Shown piece by piece: positions 1 to 9,337 of a stretch of 64,000 nt of DNA (positions are counted from its first letter, which is position 1; the number at the start of each line of letters is the position of its first letter). Source of the DNA: a virus; the IMG/VR virus record IMGVR_UViG_3300025120_000020. One strand, 5' to 3'. Position numbers and translations under genes: made by a program. The notes beneath the pieces are model-generated. The model did not search any database and was not told where the DNA came from. It saw only the letters and a list, made by a program, of their open reading frames with translations.

Positions 1-501
1 TCCCGCTAAGACCTCATGAACTTTATTCTGCCACTTAACATGACCTTTAGTGGAAACAAAACGAGATTGAAAATCAGGAAATCCCTCCCAACCCATTTTG
101 TTTATTTCCCAGTTGTATTTTTTGATATGTTCTTCTGTCGCCCCACGAACGACATTGATCCTTGGAATCCAAAGCAGATCAATATCTCCTTTTTGCACTA
201 CTGCCCTTAATGCATTCAATAATGAAGGTGGTATTTGTTCATCAGCATCAATCTGCATCAAATAGTCTTTTGTAGATAACTCAAATAAAGTATTTTTAAA
301 AGCAGAAAAATCTTTCTGAAAGTCAAAGTAGTTTATTTTCAACCCGCAAAGCTTACAAAAATCTTCGATATCTTTAGTTACTTTGTTCTGATCTGCCAAG
401 ATGACAATCTCCTCATCTGGTAAAACATATGGTTCAAGTGAATTAATTAATCTTTTAAATTCAAAAAACTCGTCTGCTACCGTTATCCCGTAAGTAATCA
501 T
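1..501 (-). CDS. GT2-family glycosyltransferase, runs off the window start (not in ORF track)
   Basis: Manual translation from ATG at 501: MITYGITVADEFFEF...DFSAFKN...QIDADE (DxD motif)...WIPRIN...FPDFQSR...KWQNKVHEVL; open to position 1. Confidence 0.8.
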   Translation of the reverse strand, partial: MITYGITVADEFFEFKRLINSLEPYVLPDEEIVILADQNKVTKDIEDFCKLCGLKINYFDFQKDFSAFKNTLFELSTKDYLMQIDADEQIPPSLLNALRAVVQKGDIDLLWIPRINVVRGATEEHIKKYNWEINKMGWEGFPDFQSRFVSTKGHVKWQNKVHEVLAG

Positions 502-508
502 AAAAAAA

Positions 509-539
509 CTCCTTCTAGGTAAGCACAACCTAGAAGGAG
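509..539 (-). terminator. Intrinsic terminator after Hsp20
   Basis: 12-bp perfect stem CTCCTTCTAGGT/ACCTAGAAGGAG followed by a T7 tract on the minus strand. Confidence 0.75.
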
Positions 540-561
540 CGATATAAGTCACTTCAAAGTT

Positions 562-987
562 TTACTTAACTTCAATCATTATGTCTTTTTTCTCCTCTTT
601 TTCAAGAGGTATTTTAACTCTCAGTAGGCCATTTTTATATTCTGCCTGAATGGAGTCTTTATCAACGTTCTGGTGCAAGGTAAAGTGCTTCTTGACAGAT
701 CGTCGAGATATTTTTCTATGGTAGAATTCAGCATCATCGTCTTTTTGCTGAGATCCCGCCTCAATCTTCAAGGTCTGTCCAGATACAGATACGGAAATAT
801 CTTCCTGATCTAATCCGACTAATGCAAACTCAAGAATAAAATTACCATCCTTGTCTTTGTAAGCATCGTAAGGCTCTGAGCCTGAATACAGTGGAGCATT
901 AGCTTCGTTAGCCAATAACTGCATACGTTTAAAGATATCTCCCTCGAAAACCAAGGGAGCCAACATTTTGTTTATCATCATTGTCAT
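562..987 (-). CDS. Small heat shock protein, Hsp20/alpha-crystallin family
   Basis: PYDAYKD...FILEFALVG...ISVSVSGQTLKI...FYHRKISRRS...AEYKNGLLRVKIP; ATG at 987 preferred over the track start at 1050. Confidence 0.9.
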   Translation of the reverse strand: MTMMINKMLAPLVFEGDIFKRMQLLANEANAPLYSGSEPYDAYKDKDGNFILEFALVGLDQEDISVSVSGQTLKIEAGSQQKDDDAEFYHRKISRRSVKKHFTLHQNVDKDSIQAEYKNGLLRVKIPLEKEEKKDIMIEVK

Positions 988-1065
988 ACTACTATTTTTA
1001 GTTAGTTTTGTTTTTCTAGCCCCATTTGGGTGCTGGAAATTCTCAGACAATAGAGATATACTAAA

Positions 1066-1167
1066 TCAATCCTCTTCTAATTGAGCTTCGTCAATACGAT
1101 CTAGTATAAATGCTATTGTTTCGTCGAGTTCTACCTCGTCTGTAAAATTAATTTCTGGTTCGGTCAT
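1066..1167 (-). CDS. 33-aa acidic peptide (not in ORF track)
   Basis: MTEPEINFTDEVELDETIAFILDRIDEAQLEED; preceded by the GTGTA motif found before other genes. Confidence 0.5.
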   Translation of the reverse strand: MTEPEINFTDEVELDETIAFILDRIDEAQLEED

Positions 1168-1205
1168 AGTGCATGTATATACACAAAACCAAAACTTGGG
1201 GAATT

Positions 1206-2852
1206 CTACCCCTCACAAGACTTACATTCCATCATAGACCTTGCTAATTCTTGGCTAGGATTAGCACTTCTCTGGTAATAAAAGCCTTTAATGCCATTCT
1301 GCCATCCATAAATCAAAAGCTGATTAACCTCTTTGGCAGGAGCTTTTGGGGCGACCATGATATTCAGGGATTGTCCTTGGTCAATATACTTTTGCCTTTG
1401 GGCTGCTTGAATAACAATTTCTTTTTGGCTAATTTCTCCAAAAGTTTTAAATACTTCCTTCTCCTCATCAGACAAGAAAGATAAATGCTGCACTGACCCT
1501 CCTTTTCCTAAGATACCCATCCAAACATTATCATTGTCTTTACCCTTCTCGGCTAAGAGGGTTTTGAGGTAAGGATTCCTAAACGTGAATTTACCTTTAG
1601 CAAGATCTTTAGTAAAGTAATTGCCGTTGAGAGGTTCGATAGATGGAGAAACCTGACCCAAGATAAAGGAGCTACTTGTAGTTGGGGCGATAGCTAAGGT
1701 GGTAGTATTCCGACGACCGTAACCCTCACAATACATAGGCTCTCCTAAACCTAGCGACAATTCTTCTGTAGCTTCATCTGCCCGATTACGGATAATCTTC
1801 CAAATAGAGCTATTCTCCATTTTAGCCTCCATACTTTCAAAGCCAATCATCTTGCTTTGTAGGTAAGAATGCCAACCAAGAACCCCCATACCCAAAGCCC
1901 TATGACGCTTGGCGAAGTTGTGGGAGGACTCCATGAATGGAATATTAATTGTTTTCTGGATATATTCCTCCATTACTGCATCAAGAAATGCAACTAATGT
2001 TTCAATAGCGTCTGTCTTTACAATATCGTCCCATCTGACTAGATTTAAAGAAGATAAACAGCAAACGAAAGACTCGTCTTCTTTGGACGGCAAGCTAATC
2101 TCATTGCAAAGGTTTGAAGCATAAATCTTCATGTCTTTGTCTTTATAGCAGTCGGGGGCATTATTATTTGCTGTATCTTGGAAAAAAATATACGGATATC
2201 CAGTCTCAAAGCGCTTTCTAATTACAGAAGCCCAAAGCTGACGCTTTTCTGGATCGCCATCAATCATACTTTGCATCCAACCATCAGTCACAGTTACAGC
2301 GAAAGACATATCTTGGATTGCATTGCCCTCACTCTTAATACGAAGAAACTCTTTCACATCAGGATGCTCAATAGGTAGGTAAGCTGCAAAAGAACCACGA
2401 CGAACATTCCCTTGAGAAACAACAGCAGCAACCTTGTCGAACAGTTCCATAAAATGGACTGCCCCAGATGATTCACCACCAGAATTAATTGGTGCTCCAC
2501 GCTCGCGAAGATCACCAAAGTAAGCAGAAGTCCCTGACCCATGCTTAGTCTGCATTCCAACCTCAGACTGTTTAGCTAAAATACCATCCATTCTGTCGGG
2601 AACATAAACTCCATTACAAGATATAGGTAAACCTCGATCACGACCAAAATTAGACCAAACAGGGGAAGCTAAGGAATAAAATCCCTGCTTCATATAACCC
2701 TCAAACTTGTCAGCAAACCCGTCTATACCGAGATACGCTTCAGCAGTCTCTGCAATATCACGGATTCTACGCTCTGGAGTTTCGCCTTTCTTTAGATAGC
2801 CCCTCTCAAGAAATAACCTTGAGTCATCATTTAGCCAATAGTAATCTGTCAT
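1206..2852 (-). CDS. nrdA: Ribonucleotide reductase class Ia alpha subunit (no ATP cone)
   Basis: ASPVWSNFG, GLPISC, SNLCNEI (catalytic Asn-Cys-Glu), AIAPTTSSS, IDQGQSLN, GFYYQR, C-terminal CKSCEG. Confidence 0.95.
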   Translation of the reverse strand: MTDYYWLNDDSRLFLERGYLKKGETPERRIRDIAETAEAYLGIDGFADKFEGYMKQGFYSLASPVWSNFGRDRGLPISCNGVYVPDRMDGILAKQSEVGMQTKHGSGTSAYFGDLRERGAPINSGGESSGAVHFMELFDKVAAVVSQGNVRRGSFAAYLPIEHPDVKEFLRIKSEGNAIQDMSFAVTVTDGWMQSMIDGDPEKRQLWASVIRKRFETGYPYIFFQDTANNNAPDCYKDKDMKIYASNLCNEISLPSKEDESFVCCLSSLNLVRWDDIVKTDAIETLVAFLDAVMEEYIQKTINIPFMESSHNFAKRHRALGMGVLGWHSYLQSKMIGFESMEAKMENSSIWKIIRNRADEATEELSLGLGEPMYCEGYGRRNTTTLAIAPTTSSSFILGQVSPSIEPLNGNYFTKDLAKGKFTFRNPYLKTLLAEKGKDNDNVWMGILGKGGSVQHLSFLSDEEKEVFKTFGEISQKEIVIQAAQRQKYIDQGQSLNIMVAPKAPAKEVNQLLIYGWQNGIKGFYYQRSANPSQELARSMMECKSCEG

Positions 2853-3824
2853 TTAGAACAAGTCCTCTGCGTTGAACGTCTGCGAATTTTTTGAATACTC
2901 AACTGGTCGAGCATAAAAGAAGTCGGTGGCATTATTGCCAAGCAACTCCTCTTCAAACCAGATGGTATCTTTCAGCAGGTTTTTGTCAACATCAAAAGCT
3001 TGTTTGAAGCCAATTCTTTTTAGAGAATCATTTATCCTATTCTTAATGAATTCTTTTAGAACGACAGCGTTGAGTCCTTTCTCTCGGATTCCATTAATCA
3101 TCCAATCAACAATCTTACTCTCAGCATTGAATGCTTGTTGAGCCTCGTCGAGAATTCGCTGCTCTAATTCCTCGTCGAAAAGCTCAGGATGTTCTTCGCG
3201 AATAGTGTTAATGATCTTCATCCCAACAAGAGCGTGGACATTCTCTTCATTCCGTGTGTATTTGACCTGTTGATCAGTATCCTTCAGAACATTTTTATTT
3301 CGAGCAAACCAGTTTATTACATAAAATTGAGAAAACAAAGACACGTTCTCTACAAAGAGGGTGAATAGTATTAAAGCGTAAACATATTGCTTCTTGCTAT
3401 TCTTGTAAAATTTATGAGTATATTTCCTTAAATAATTTACCCGTCCTTCAATAAAGTCTAGCTTCAGATTCTCCTCAAATACATCTTCCAAACCCAAAAC
3501 CTCAAGCAACCTCTCGTAAGCATTATTGTGAATAACTTCAACGTTCGCCATAACAAATCCCAAGTCACTCAATGATGGGTGCGGCAAATTGTCTCCCAAC
3601 TTACTCCAGAACTTTTTGACAGCAACTTCGATCTGTCCGATGGCAGAAAGTGTTCTAACGATTATCTCTTTGTCCCTATCTCCAAGCACCACATTGAAGT
3701 CCTGAATATCGGAAGCGAAGCTGAATTCATTGTCAGTCCAGAACCCATTATGCATTGCCTCAATAAACTCTCCTGCCCACGGATAATGGTCAGGCTTTCT
3801 CGATATTTGTTCTTCAAAAATCAT
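2853..3824 (-). CDS. nrdB: Ribonucleotide reductase class I beta subunit
   Basis: Di-iron ligands EVIHNNAY, ENVSLFSQF, RNEENVH; C-terminal DFFYARPVEY; adjacent to nrdA. Confidence 0.95.
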   Translation of the reverse strand: MIFEEQISRKPDHYPWAGEFIEAMHNGFWTDNEFSFASDIQDFNVVLGDRDKEIIVRTLSAIGQIEVAVKKFWSKLGDNLPHPSLSDLGFVMANVEVIHNNAYERLLEVLGLEDVFEENLKLDFIEGRVNYLRKYTHKFYKNSKKQYVYALILFTLFVENVSLFSQFYVINWFARNKNVLKDTDQQVKYTRNEENVHALVGMKIINTIREEHPELFDEELEQRILDEAQQAFNAESKIVDWMINGIREKGLNAVVLKEFIKNRINDSLKRIGFKQAFDVDKNLLKDTIWFEEELLGNNATDFFYARPVEYSKNSQTFNAEDLF

Positions 3825-3997
3825 GTCTCATCTATTTACACGAACGGGGTTAATGAGCAAGGAAAAAATGAAAAAATCTGGCGAAGCCATTCTATTAATG
3901 CGAACGTAGTGAGTATTAATAGAATACGAATCCTAACAACGAATCCTAACTGCACTGTAAAGGTTCGTATCCTTGCTACTTCGGCTCCAATACGTCT

Positions 3998-4025
3998 ATT
4001 ATACTGAAAATAAAAAATCCGTCAA
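3998..4025 (-). promoter_or_regulatory. Sigma-70-type promoter facing nrdB
   Basis: Minus strand TTGACG-16nt-TATAAT. Confidence 0.6.
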
Positions 4026-4081
4026 GAAAAAAATTTTACTTGACATTTATTGACTTAATGAGAGTATATCCATATTAAATT

Positions 4082-4669
4082 ATGGATTATGACCCAACAG
4101 ATCCTGAATTAACTGATTTAGTTAAACAGAGTGACCATGAAGAAGCTTTAGGTTTGCTGATAGAGAGGCATTCAGGAATTTATGTTGATATGGTGAGGAG
4201 ATACGCATCAAAATCCCTACCTTCAAATGACGTTATTGACATAATTGATGAAAAAGATTACATAATTTACAAAGCAGCCTTAGATTATGACGAAAACAAA
4301 GCTAAGTTTTCCACCCATGTTGGCAACAAAGCAAAATATCTCTGTTTGAGCAAAAAAACAGCAAGGAAAAACGGTAAAATCATGTTGCCATTCGATTCAA
4401 TCGATTACTCCAAAGAGTCTGACGACTTGCACCCAGATGAAAGTTGCGAAATTAAAGAAAGCATGTTTTCAATTGTCGAACTTATAAATAGTCATCGCGA
4501 TGAAAGAGTAAAAACTATTTTTAAAGAACGCTACTTTGGAGGAGAAAAAGGTAAACTTCAAACTTGGAAAAATATTGGAGAACAAATTGGTGTCTCTGCT
4601 CAGGGCTGCATAAACATTCATGACCGAACATTAAAAGAATTTAAAAAACAATTTAAAAAAAATGCATAA
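4082..4669 (+). CDS. Phage sigma-70-family RNA polymerase sigma factor
   Basis: Region 2-like ALGLLIERHSGIY...KAALDYDENKAKFSTHVGN and region 4 HTH IFKERYF...TWKNIGEQIGVSAQGCINIHDRTLKEFKK. Confidence 0.75.
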   Translation: MDYDPTDPELTDLVKQSDHEEALGLLIERHSGIYVDMVRRYASKSLPSNDVIDIIDEKDYIIYKAALDYDENKAKFSTHVGNKAKYLCLSKKTARKNGKIMLPFDSIDYSKESDDLHPDESCEIKESMFSIVELINSHRDERVKTIFKERYFGGEKGKLQTWKNIGEQIGVSAQGCINIHDRTLKEFKKQFKKNA

Positions 4670-5744
4670 ACTAAATTTCGACGCTCCGTTCAATTCTCTA
4701 AGCTTAGGCAATGTTTCTTTAAACTTTCTTAGGGAATTAAAGAAAAAAAATATAGATCTTAATATATTTCCAATGGGTAATTTAGACTTCTCGGCCTTTG
4801 ACAAGTTACCAAAAGAAGATCAAGACTACATAAATGAAAATGCAGACAAAGCACTAAGTCGTTTAGATAGGTCAACTCCCACCCTAAAAGTTTGGCATAT
4901 TAACGGGTCAGAAAAAAAGATCGGAGATAATCAATTTTTATACACTTTTTATGAAGTGGACTCTCCTACAGAAGAGGAGGTTAGTATTGTAAAAGCTCAG
5001 AATCACGTTTTCTTTTCTTGTTCTGAAGCTGCTCAATCATTTAAGGATAAGGGTTGTGGCAATGTGTCCTATGTCCCGCTTGGTTTTGATACAGATTTTC
5101 ACAAGACAGATAAAGAATACCTTGGTGATGATGTGATTCACTTCGGTCTTATTGGTAAAATGGAAAGAAGAAAAAACACTCAAGCTCTTATTCAGCTATG
5201 GTGCAGTAAATTTGGCAATAACCCAAGATACCAATTAACTTGCTTGGTTGGAAATCCTTTTTTAAAGAAAGAACAAATGGATCAAATGATCACTCAAGCA
5301 ATGAATAATCAAAAGTATTCTAATGTTAACTTCCTGCCTCGACTTAAAACAAACAGTGAAGTTAACGACCTAATCAATTCAATTGATATCGATATTTCTG
5401 GCTTATCTAATGGAGAAGGATGGAATCTACCCGCATTTAATGCAACCGCTCTAGGCAAGTGGTCTATTGTGAGTAATTGCTCTTCTCATAAAGATTGGGC
5501 TACTAAGGATAACGCCATCCTTGTAGAGCCAGTCGGCAAACAACCTTGTTACGATAATGCCTTTTTTGTTAAAGGTAGTAAATACAATCAAGGAGAGTAT
5601 TACCGACTCCACCAAGATGGCATCTCTAATGGTTTGGATCAATCCGTTCAATTTGCTAAATCCGAAAATACAGAAGGTCTAAAGCTTCAACAGGAGTTTA
5701 CATACGCAAAGACCGCTGAAAAAATCCTAGAAAAAATTTATTAA
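4662..5744 (+). CDS. GT4 (GT-B) glycosyltransferase
   Basis: VPLGFDTDF, GLIGKMERRKN, LSNGEGWNLPAFNATALGK. Confidence 0.8.
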   Translation: MHKLNFDAPFNSLSLGNVSLNFLRELKKKNIDLNIFPMGNLDFSAFDKLPKEDQDYINENADKALSRLDRSTPTLKVWHINGSEKKIGDNQFLYTFYEVDSPTEEEVSIVKAQNHVFFSCSEAAQSFKDKGCGNVSYVPLGFDTDFHKTDKEYLGDDVIHFGLIGKMERRKNTQALIQLWCSKFGNNPRYQLTCLVGNPFLKKEQMDQMITQAMNNQKYSNVNFLPRLKTNSEVNDLINSIDIDISGLSNGEGWNLPAFNATALGKWSIVSNCSSHKDWATKDNAILVEPVGKQPCYDNAFFVKGSKYNQGEYYRLHQDGISNGLDQSVQFAKSENTEGLKLQQEFTYAKTAEKILEKIY

Positions 5745-6128
5745 ATGCCTATTTATATTTTTAAACACCCAGAAACAGAAGAATACAAGGAAATCGTTCA
5801 AACTATGAACGAAGAACATGTATATACTGACGAGTCTGGGCTAAAATGGAAGAGAATTTTTACAATCCCCAATGCAACTATTGATACAAAAGATGACGCT
5901 TGGAGCCACAATGGATTTGTAGAGAAAACTGGCAAGATGAAAGGAACTGTAGGCGATGTTCTAGATTATTCCTCAGAATTGTCTGCGATAAGGGCAGAAG
6001 CTAATGGTGGAGAAGATCCAGTCAAAAGAAAGACTTTCGATGACTACGAAAAGAAAGTGGGCAAAAAGCACATTTCTGATAAAAATAAGACTATCGAAAC
6101 CTCTAAGATCAAAATAGATCTAGATTAA
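5745..6128 (+). CDS. FmdB-like small protein
   Basis: N-terminus MPIYIFKHPETEEYKEIVQTM resembles FmdB zinc-ribbon starts but lacks the cysteines. Confidence 0.45.
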   Translation: MPIYIFKHPETEEYKEIVQTMNEEHVYTDESGLKWKRIFTIPNATIDTKDDAWSHNGFVEKTGKMKGTVGDVLDYSSELSAIRAEANGGEDPVKRKTFDDYEKKVGKKHISDKNKTIETSKIKIDLD

Positions 6129-7027
6129 ATAACTGAGTATAGTCCACTGAAGGGAATGCAACCAGTAAAAGTTGGTGAGCTAAATACCAAGTAAGCTTCA
6201 CTAGCTCCAGTCACAATTTGCCCAGTGATAAATGTATCCTTGCTTCCTATAGATCCCCCGTCAGTCCCCGTGAGTATATTTTTTAAATTAGGTGTGCCAC
6301 CCACTTTCGCATCAGCAAAATCAGTAACTGCGGCAGGAGTTTCGCTACTGTTAACAGTTCTTGAACCAATGTAAAGATCTGATACAGCATCTCCACTATC
6401 ATTTAACGTGACTGAACCGCCAAAGCTAGCAGCGCCGATAACATCACAAGTTCCAGCAACACTCAAATTTCCACTAAATATTCCAGAGTGACTTGAATCG
6501 ACTTTTAGATGGGAATTAAAATTAACGTCACCAGCTTCGAAGTTCACTCCACTATTGAAAGAAACTAATAGAGAGTGATTAGTGCTATTGGTGGTAGTTC
6601 CTTCATGGTCTGCTAATATAACAGCTCCAGTGGTCTTATCAGCGAAAGTTGCTAATTTTCCTGCTAGAATTGTATTTTGTTGGCCAGAAGCTCCAAAATT
6701 TACCTGAGTCCCATTTAAGAGGGTATTAAAGTTACCAGATACATTAGTGTTAGCAGAACCATTAACCACGACATTATTTGTCCCCGTAACCAAGTTATTT
6801 GTCCCCCCTAAAACAGAACAACTACCGTCAATAGAGTTAGTAGATGATGTAGTTATAATTGGATCATTGTCAATTGTAGCACTACCATTGAAGTCTATTG
6901 GCCCATTAATATCCCTTGCTAGGTTAATCTGAACCCCAGTCGAAAGGTCAGTAAATGAAAAATCACCACTAGGACTCGTAAAAGTAGGTAATTGTAATTG
7001 TTGTGGTTGAATTTTAGTAAATGCCAT
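6125..7027 (-). CDS. Probable virion or fibre protein with beta-helix-like repeats
   Basis: Gly/Ser/Thr/Asn-rich repeats (SVLGGTNNLVTGTNNVVVNGSANTNVSG); preceded by GTGTA motif. Confidence 0.55.
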   Translation of the reverse strand: MAFTKIQPQQLQLPTFTSPSGDFSFTDLSTGVQINLARDINGPIDFNGSATIDNDPIITTSSTNSIDGSCSVLGGTNNLVTGTNNVVVNGSANTNVSGNFNTLLNGTQVNFGASGQQNTILAGKLATFADKTTGAVILADHEGTTTNSTNHSLLVSFNSGVNFEAGDVNFNSHLKVDSSHSGIFSGNLSVAGTCDVIGAASFGGSVTLNDSGDAVSDLYIGSRTVNSSETPAAVTDFADAKVGGTPNLKNILTGTDGGSIGSKDTFITGQIVTGASEAYLVFSSPTFTGCIPFSGLYSVI

Positions 7028-7065
7028 GTTACAATAGATTATCTAAATAAGAATACACTTTTTCT

Positions 7066-7644
7066 ATGAAATTTACACTTTATAAGCCTAATGCTAAAAA
7101 TACTGGATCAGCATTCACCTTTGACTGCACTAAAGACAGAAACGGTAATCCAGTTCTTTTTGTCTCCATGATTCTTCAGCATAGCTGGAATAATGAACGT
7201 AAAACGGGTTCTTTTAAGGAGAACGCCAAGAATCCAGATAAATCTACTACAATTAAACTCACAGACATTGAAGCTGGAGAGTTCTTGTCCTCAATGAAAA
7301 CTAGGATTCCATTCTTAGGTTTTCACAAAACAGAAGAAAAAACAACAATCATTAAATTCACCCCTTGGGATAAAAATCGTATCATCAAAAACAAAGATGG
7401 TCAAGAAACCTTTAAATCGCCAGCTTGGGGTCTGACAGTTACAAAAAATTCTTCTCAATTCTTTAAACTTCCAATCGAAGCTGGAGAGGCTGAATGCCTA
7501 GCTGTTTTGCTTGAAGGCTATATAAAAGAGAGTTTAACTGCTAAATCAGAAGCTTATAAGCAGGATCAGCCCAAAAAAACTTACCAAAAATCCACACCTA
7601 AAGCGTCCGTAGTTGAGGACGACGATGACGATGTCCCATTCTAA
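7066..7644 (+). CDS. Probable single-stranded DNA-binding protein
   Basis: Acidic C-terminal tail DDDDDVPF typical of SSBs; beta-rich core. Confidence 0.6.
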   Translation: MKFTLYKPNAKNTGSAFTFDCTKDRNGNPVLFVSMILQHSWNNERKTGSFKENAKNPDKSTTIKLTDIEAGEFLSSMKTRIPFLGFHKTEEKTTIIKFTPWDKNRIIKNKDGQETFKSPAWGLTVTKNSSQFFKLPIEAGEAECLAVLLEGYIKESLTAKSEAYKQDQPKKTYQKSTPKASVVEDDDDDVPF

Positions 7645-9337
7645 AATCAAAGTCTTAGTTCAGTCTAATTATTCCCGTATGGTAACGGGTTTCGGGAAGA
7701 ATATTAAAAATATTCTTCTCGCTCTTTATAATGATCCAGATATTGAAGTCGTAGAAGCTGCCAACGGAGTTCCTTATGGTAGGGATATAAGCACCCCTTG
7801 GGAGTCCTACGGCACTTATCCTTCTAATCCCAAGATCCTTAGTGCTATAGAAAAAGAACCATCTAAAAAAAGAGCCGCGCAATATGGATTTTATGTAATT
7901 GATGAGATCGTAGAAAAAGTAAAACCAGATGTATTTTTGGGGATCGAAGATGTCTGGGCTTTCAGGGAATATGAAAATAAACCTTGGTGGAATAAAACAA
8001 AAAAAATCATTTGGACAACTTTAGATAGCTTACCTATTTTAGATCAAGCTATTAAAATGGAACCAAAATGTGACAAAATGTTGGTTTGGGCTAGCTTCGC
8101 TGAAAAGGCAATGAAGGAGCTTGGTCATGAGACAGTGGAGACTGTTCACGGAGCCGTAGACTACAGTCACTTTAAACCTCTGGATAACAGAGAAGAGTTG
8201 CGAAAACTCCACGGTCTTCAAGACGATTTCGTAATTGGGTTTGTATTCAAAAACCAACTAAGGAAGTCTGTCCCCAATCTATTGGAAGGATTTAAAAAGT
8301 TTAAAGAGAAAAACCCAAGGGTCTCTGCAAAGCTCCTCCTGCATACGGACTGGGGAGAAAAAGATCATGGATGGGATATCCCAAGATACCTAAAAGAAAA
8401 AAACCTTGAAGACGGAAGCGTATTAGCAACTTATGTATGCCACAAGTGTGATGATTACTTTGTTCGGCCATATTCTGGAGAAGATAAAGACTGTCCTTCA
8501 TGCGGTTCTAAGAAATCTTTAAAAACGAAGAATAGCGGAAAGGGAGTAGGAGAGAAGGAGCTAAACGAGCTATATAACATGATGGATGTTTACTGTCACC
8601 CATTCACAAGTGGAGGTCAGGAGCTACCAATTCAAGAGGCTAAAGCTGCTGGACTAATCACTCTGGTTACAGACTACTCTTGTGGAACTGATTCTGCATA
8701 TGAGCATCAAGGTGGACTACCTCTATCTTGGAATGAATATAGGGAACCAAGCACTCAGTTTATTAAAGCTACTACATGTCCAGATAGTATTTGTGAGAGA
8801 ATACAGCAAGTTTACGAAATGGACGAAGACTCTAAATCTAAACTCATTGAAACTGGCAAAAAATATGTTAAAGAAAAATTCTCAGTTCGCAATACTGTAG
8901 ATAAATTAAAACAACATATAAAGTCAGTCGAAATAAGAACAAATGAAGAGGAGGAAAAGGAGGATAAGAAGCCTAGTATCTCAGTAGAGGATTTCTTAAA
9001 AGACACCCCACTTAAAGATAGAATTGCCGTAGTGCTTCCTAGATCGGCGGGTGATGTCTTAATGGCTAACTCTCTTATGGAGAACCTTCATAATCTCTAT
9101 CCAGACAAGAAGATATTCTTTGTCACCCAGCCAGAATTTTACGACCTTATTAACGATAATCCTTTTGTTCATAAAGTTATCCCTTATTCAAACTCATTTG
9201 AAGACTTGCATGTTCTTGAAGGCAGGGGGGATCATCAGGGTCTTTTCGATATAGCCTTTCTCCCTCACTGTATGACACAGAAGACATATAGCTATAACCA
9301 CAATGGGAAAGATAAAACTCAATTTAAATTAAGATGA
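7631..9337 (+). CDS. GT4 glycosyltransferase with Zn-ribbon insert and C-terminal GT9-like domain
   Basis: TGFGKN, KNQLRKSVPNLLEGF, CHKC...CPSC, HPFTSGGQELPIQEAKAAG; C-terminal PRSAGDVLMA...NPFVHKVIPY. Confidence 0.8.
   Translation: MSHSKIKVLVQSNYSRMVTGFGKNIKNILLALYNDPDIEVVEAANGVPYGRDISTPWESYGTYPSNPKILSAIEKEPSKKRAAQYGFYVIDEIVEKVKPDVFLGIEDVWAFREYENKPWWNKTKKIIWTTLDSLPILDQAIKMEPKCDKMLVWASFAEKAMKELGHETVETVHGAVDYSHFKPLDNREELRKLHGLQDDFVIGFVFKNQLRKSVPNLLEGFKKFKEKNPRVSAKLLLHTDWGEKDHGWDIPRYLKEKNLEDGSVLATYVCHKCDDYFVRPYSGEDKDCPSCGSKKSLKTKNSGKGVGEKELNELYNMMDVYCHPFTSGGQELPIQEAKAAGLITLVTDYSCGTDSAYEHQGGLPLSWNEYREPSTQFIKATTCPDSICERIQQVYEMDEDSKSKLIETGKKYVKEKFSVRNTVDKLKQHIKSVEIRTNEEEEKEDKKPSISVEDFLKDTPLKDRIAVVLPRSAGDVLMANSLMENLHNLYPDKKIFFVTQPEFYDLINDNPFVHKVIPYSNSFEDLHVLEGRGDHQGLFDIAFLPHCMTQKTYSYNHNGKDKTQFKLR

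Noticed and set aside
1017-1037. CIRCE element upstream of Hsp20
   Set aside because: Arms only loosely resemble TTAGCACTC and the loop is 4 nt instead of 9
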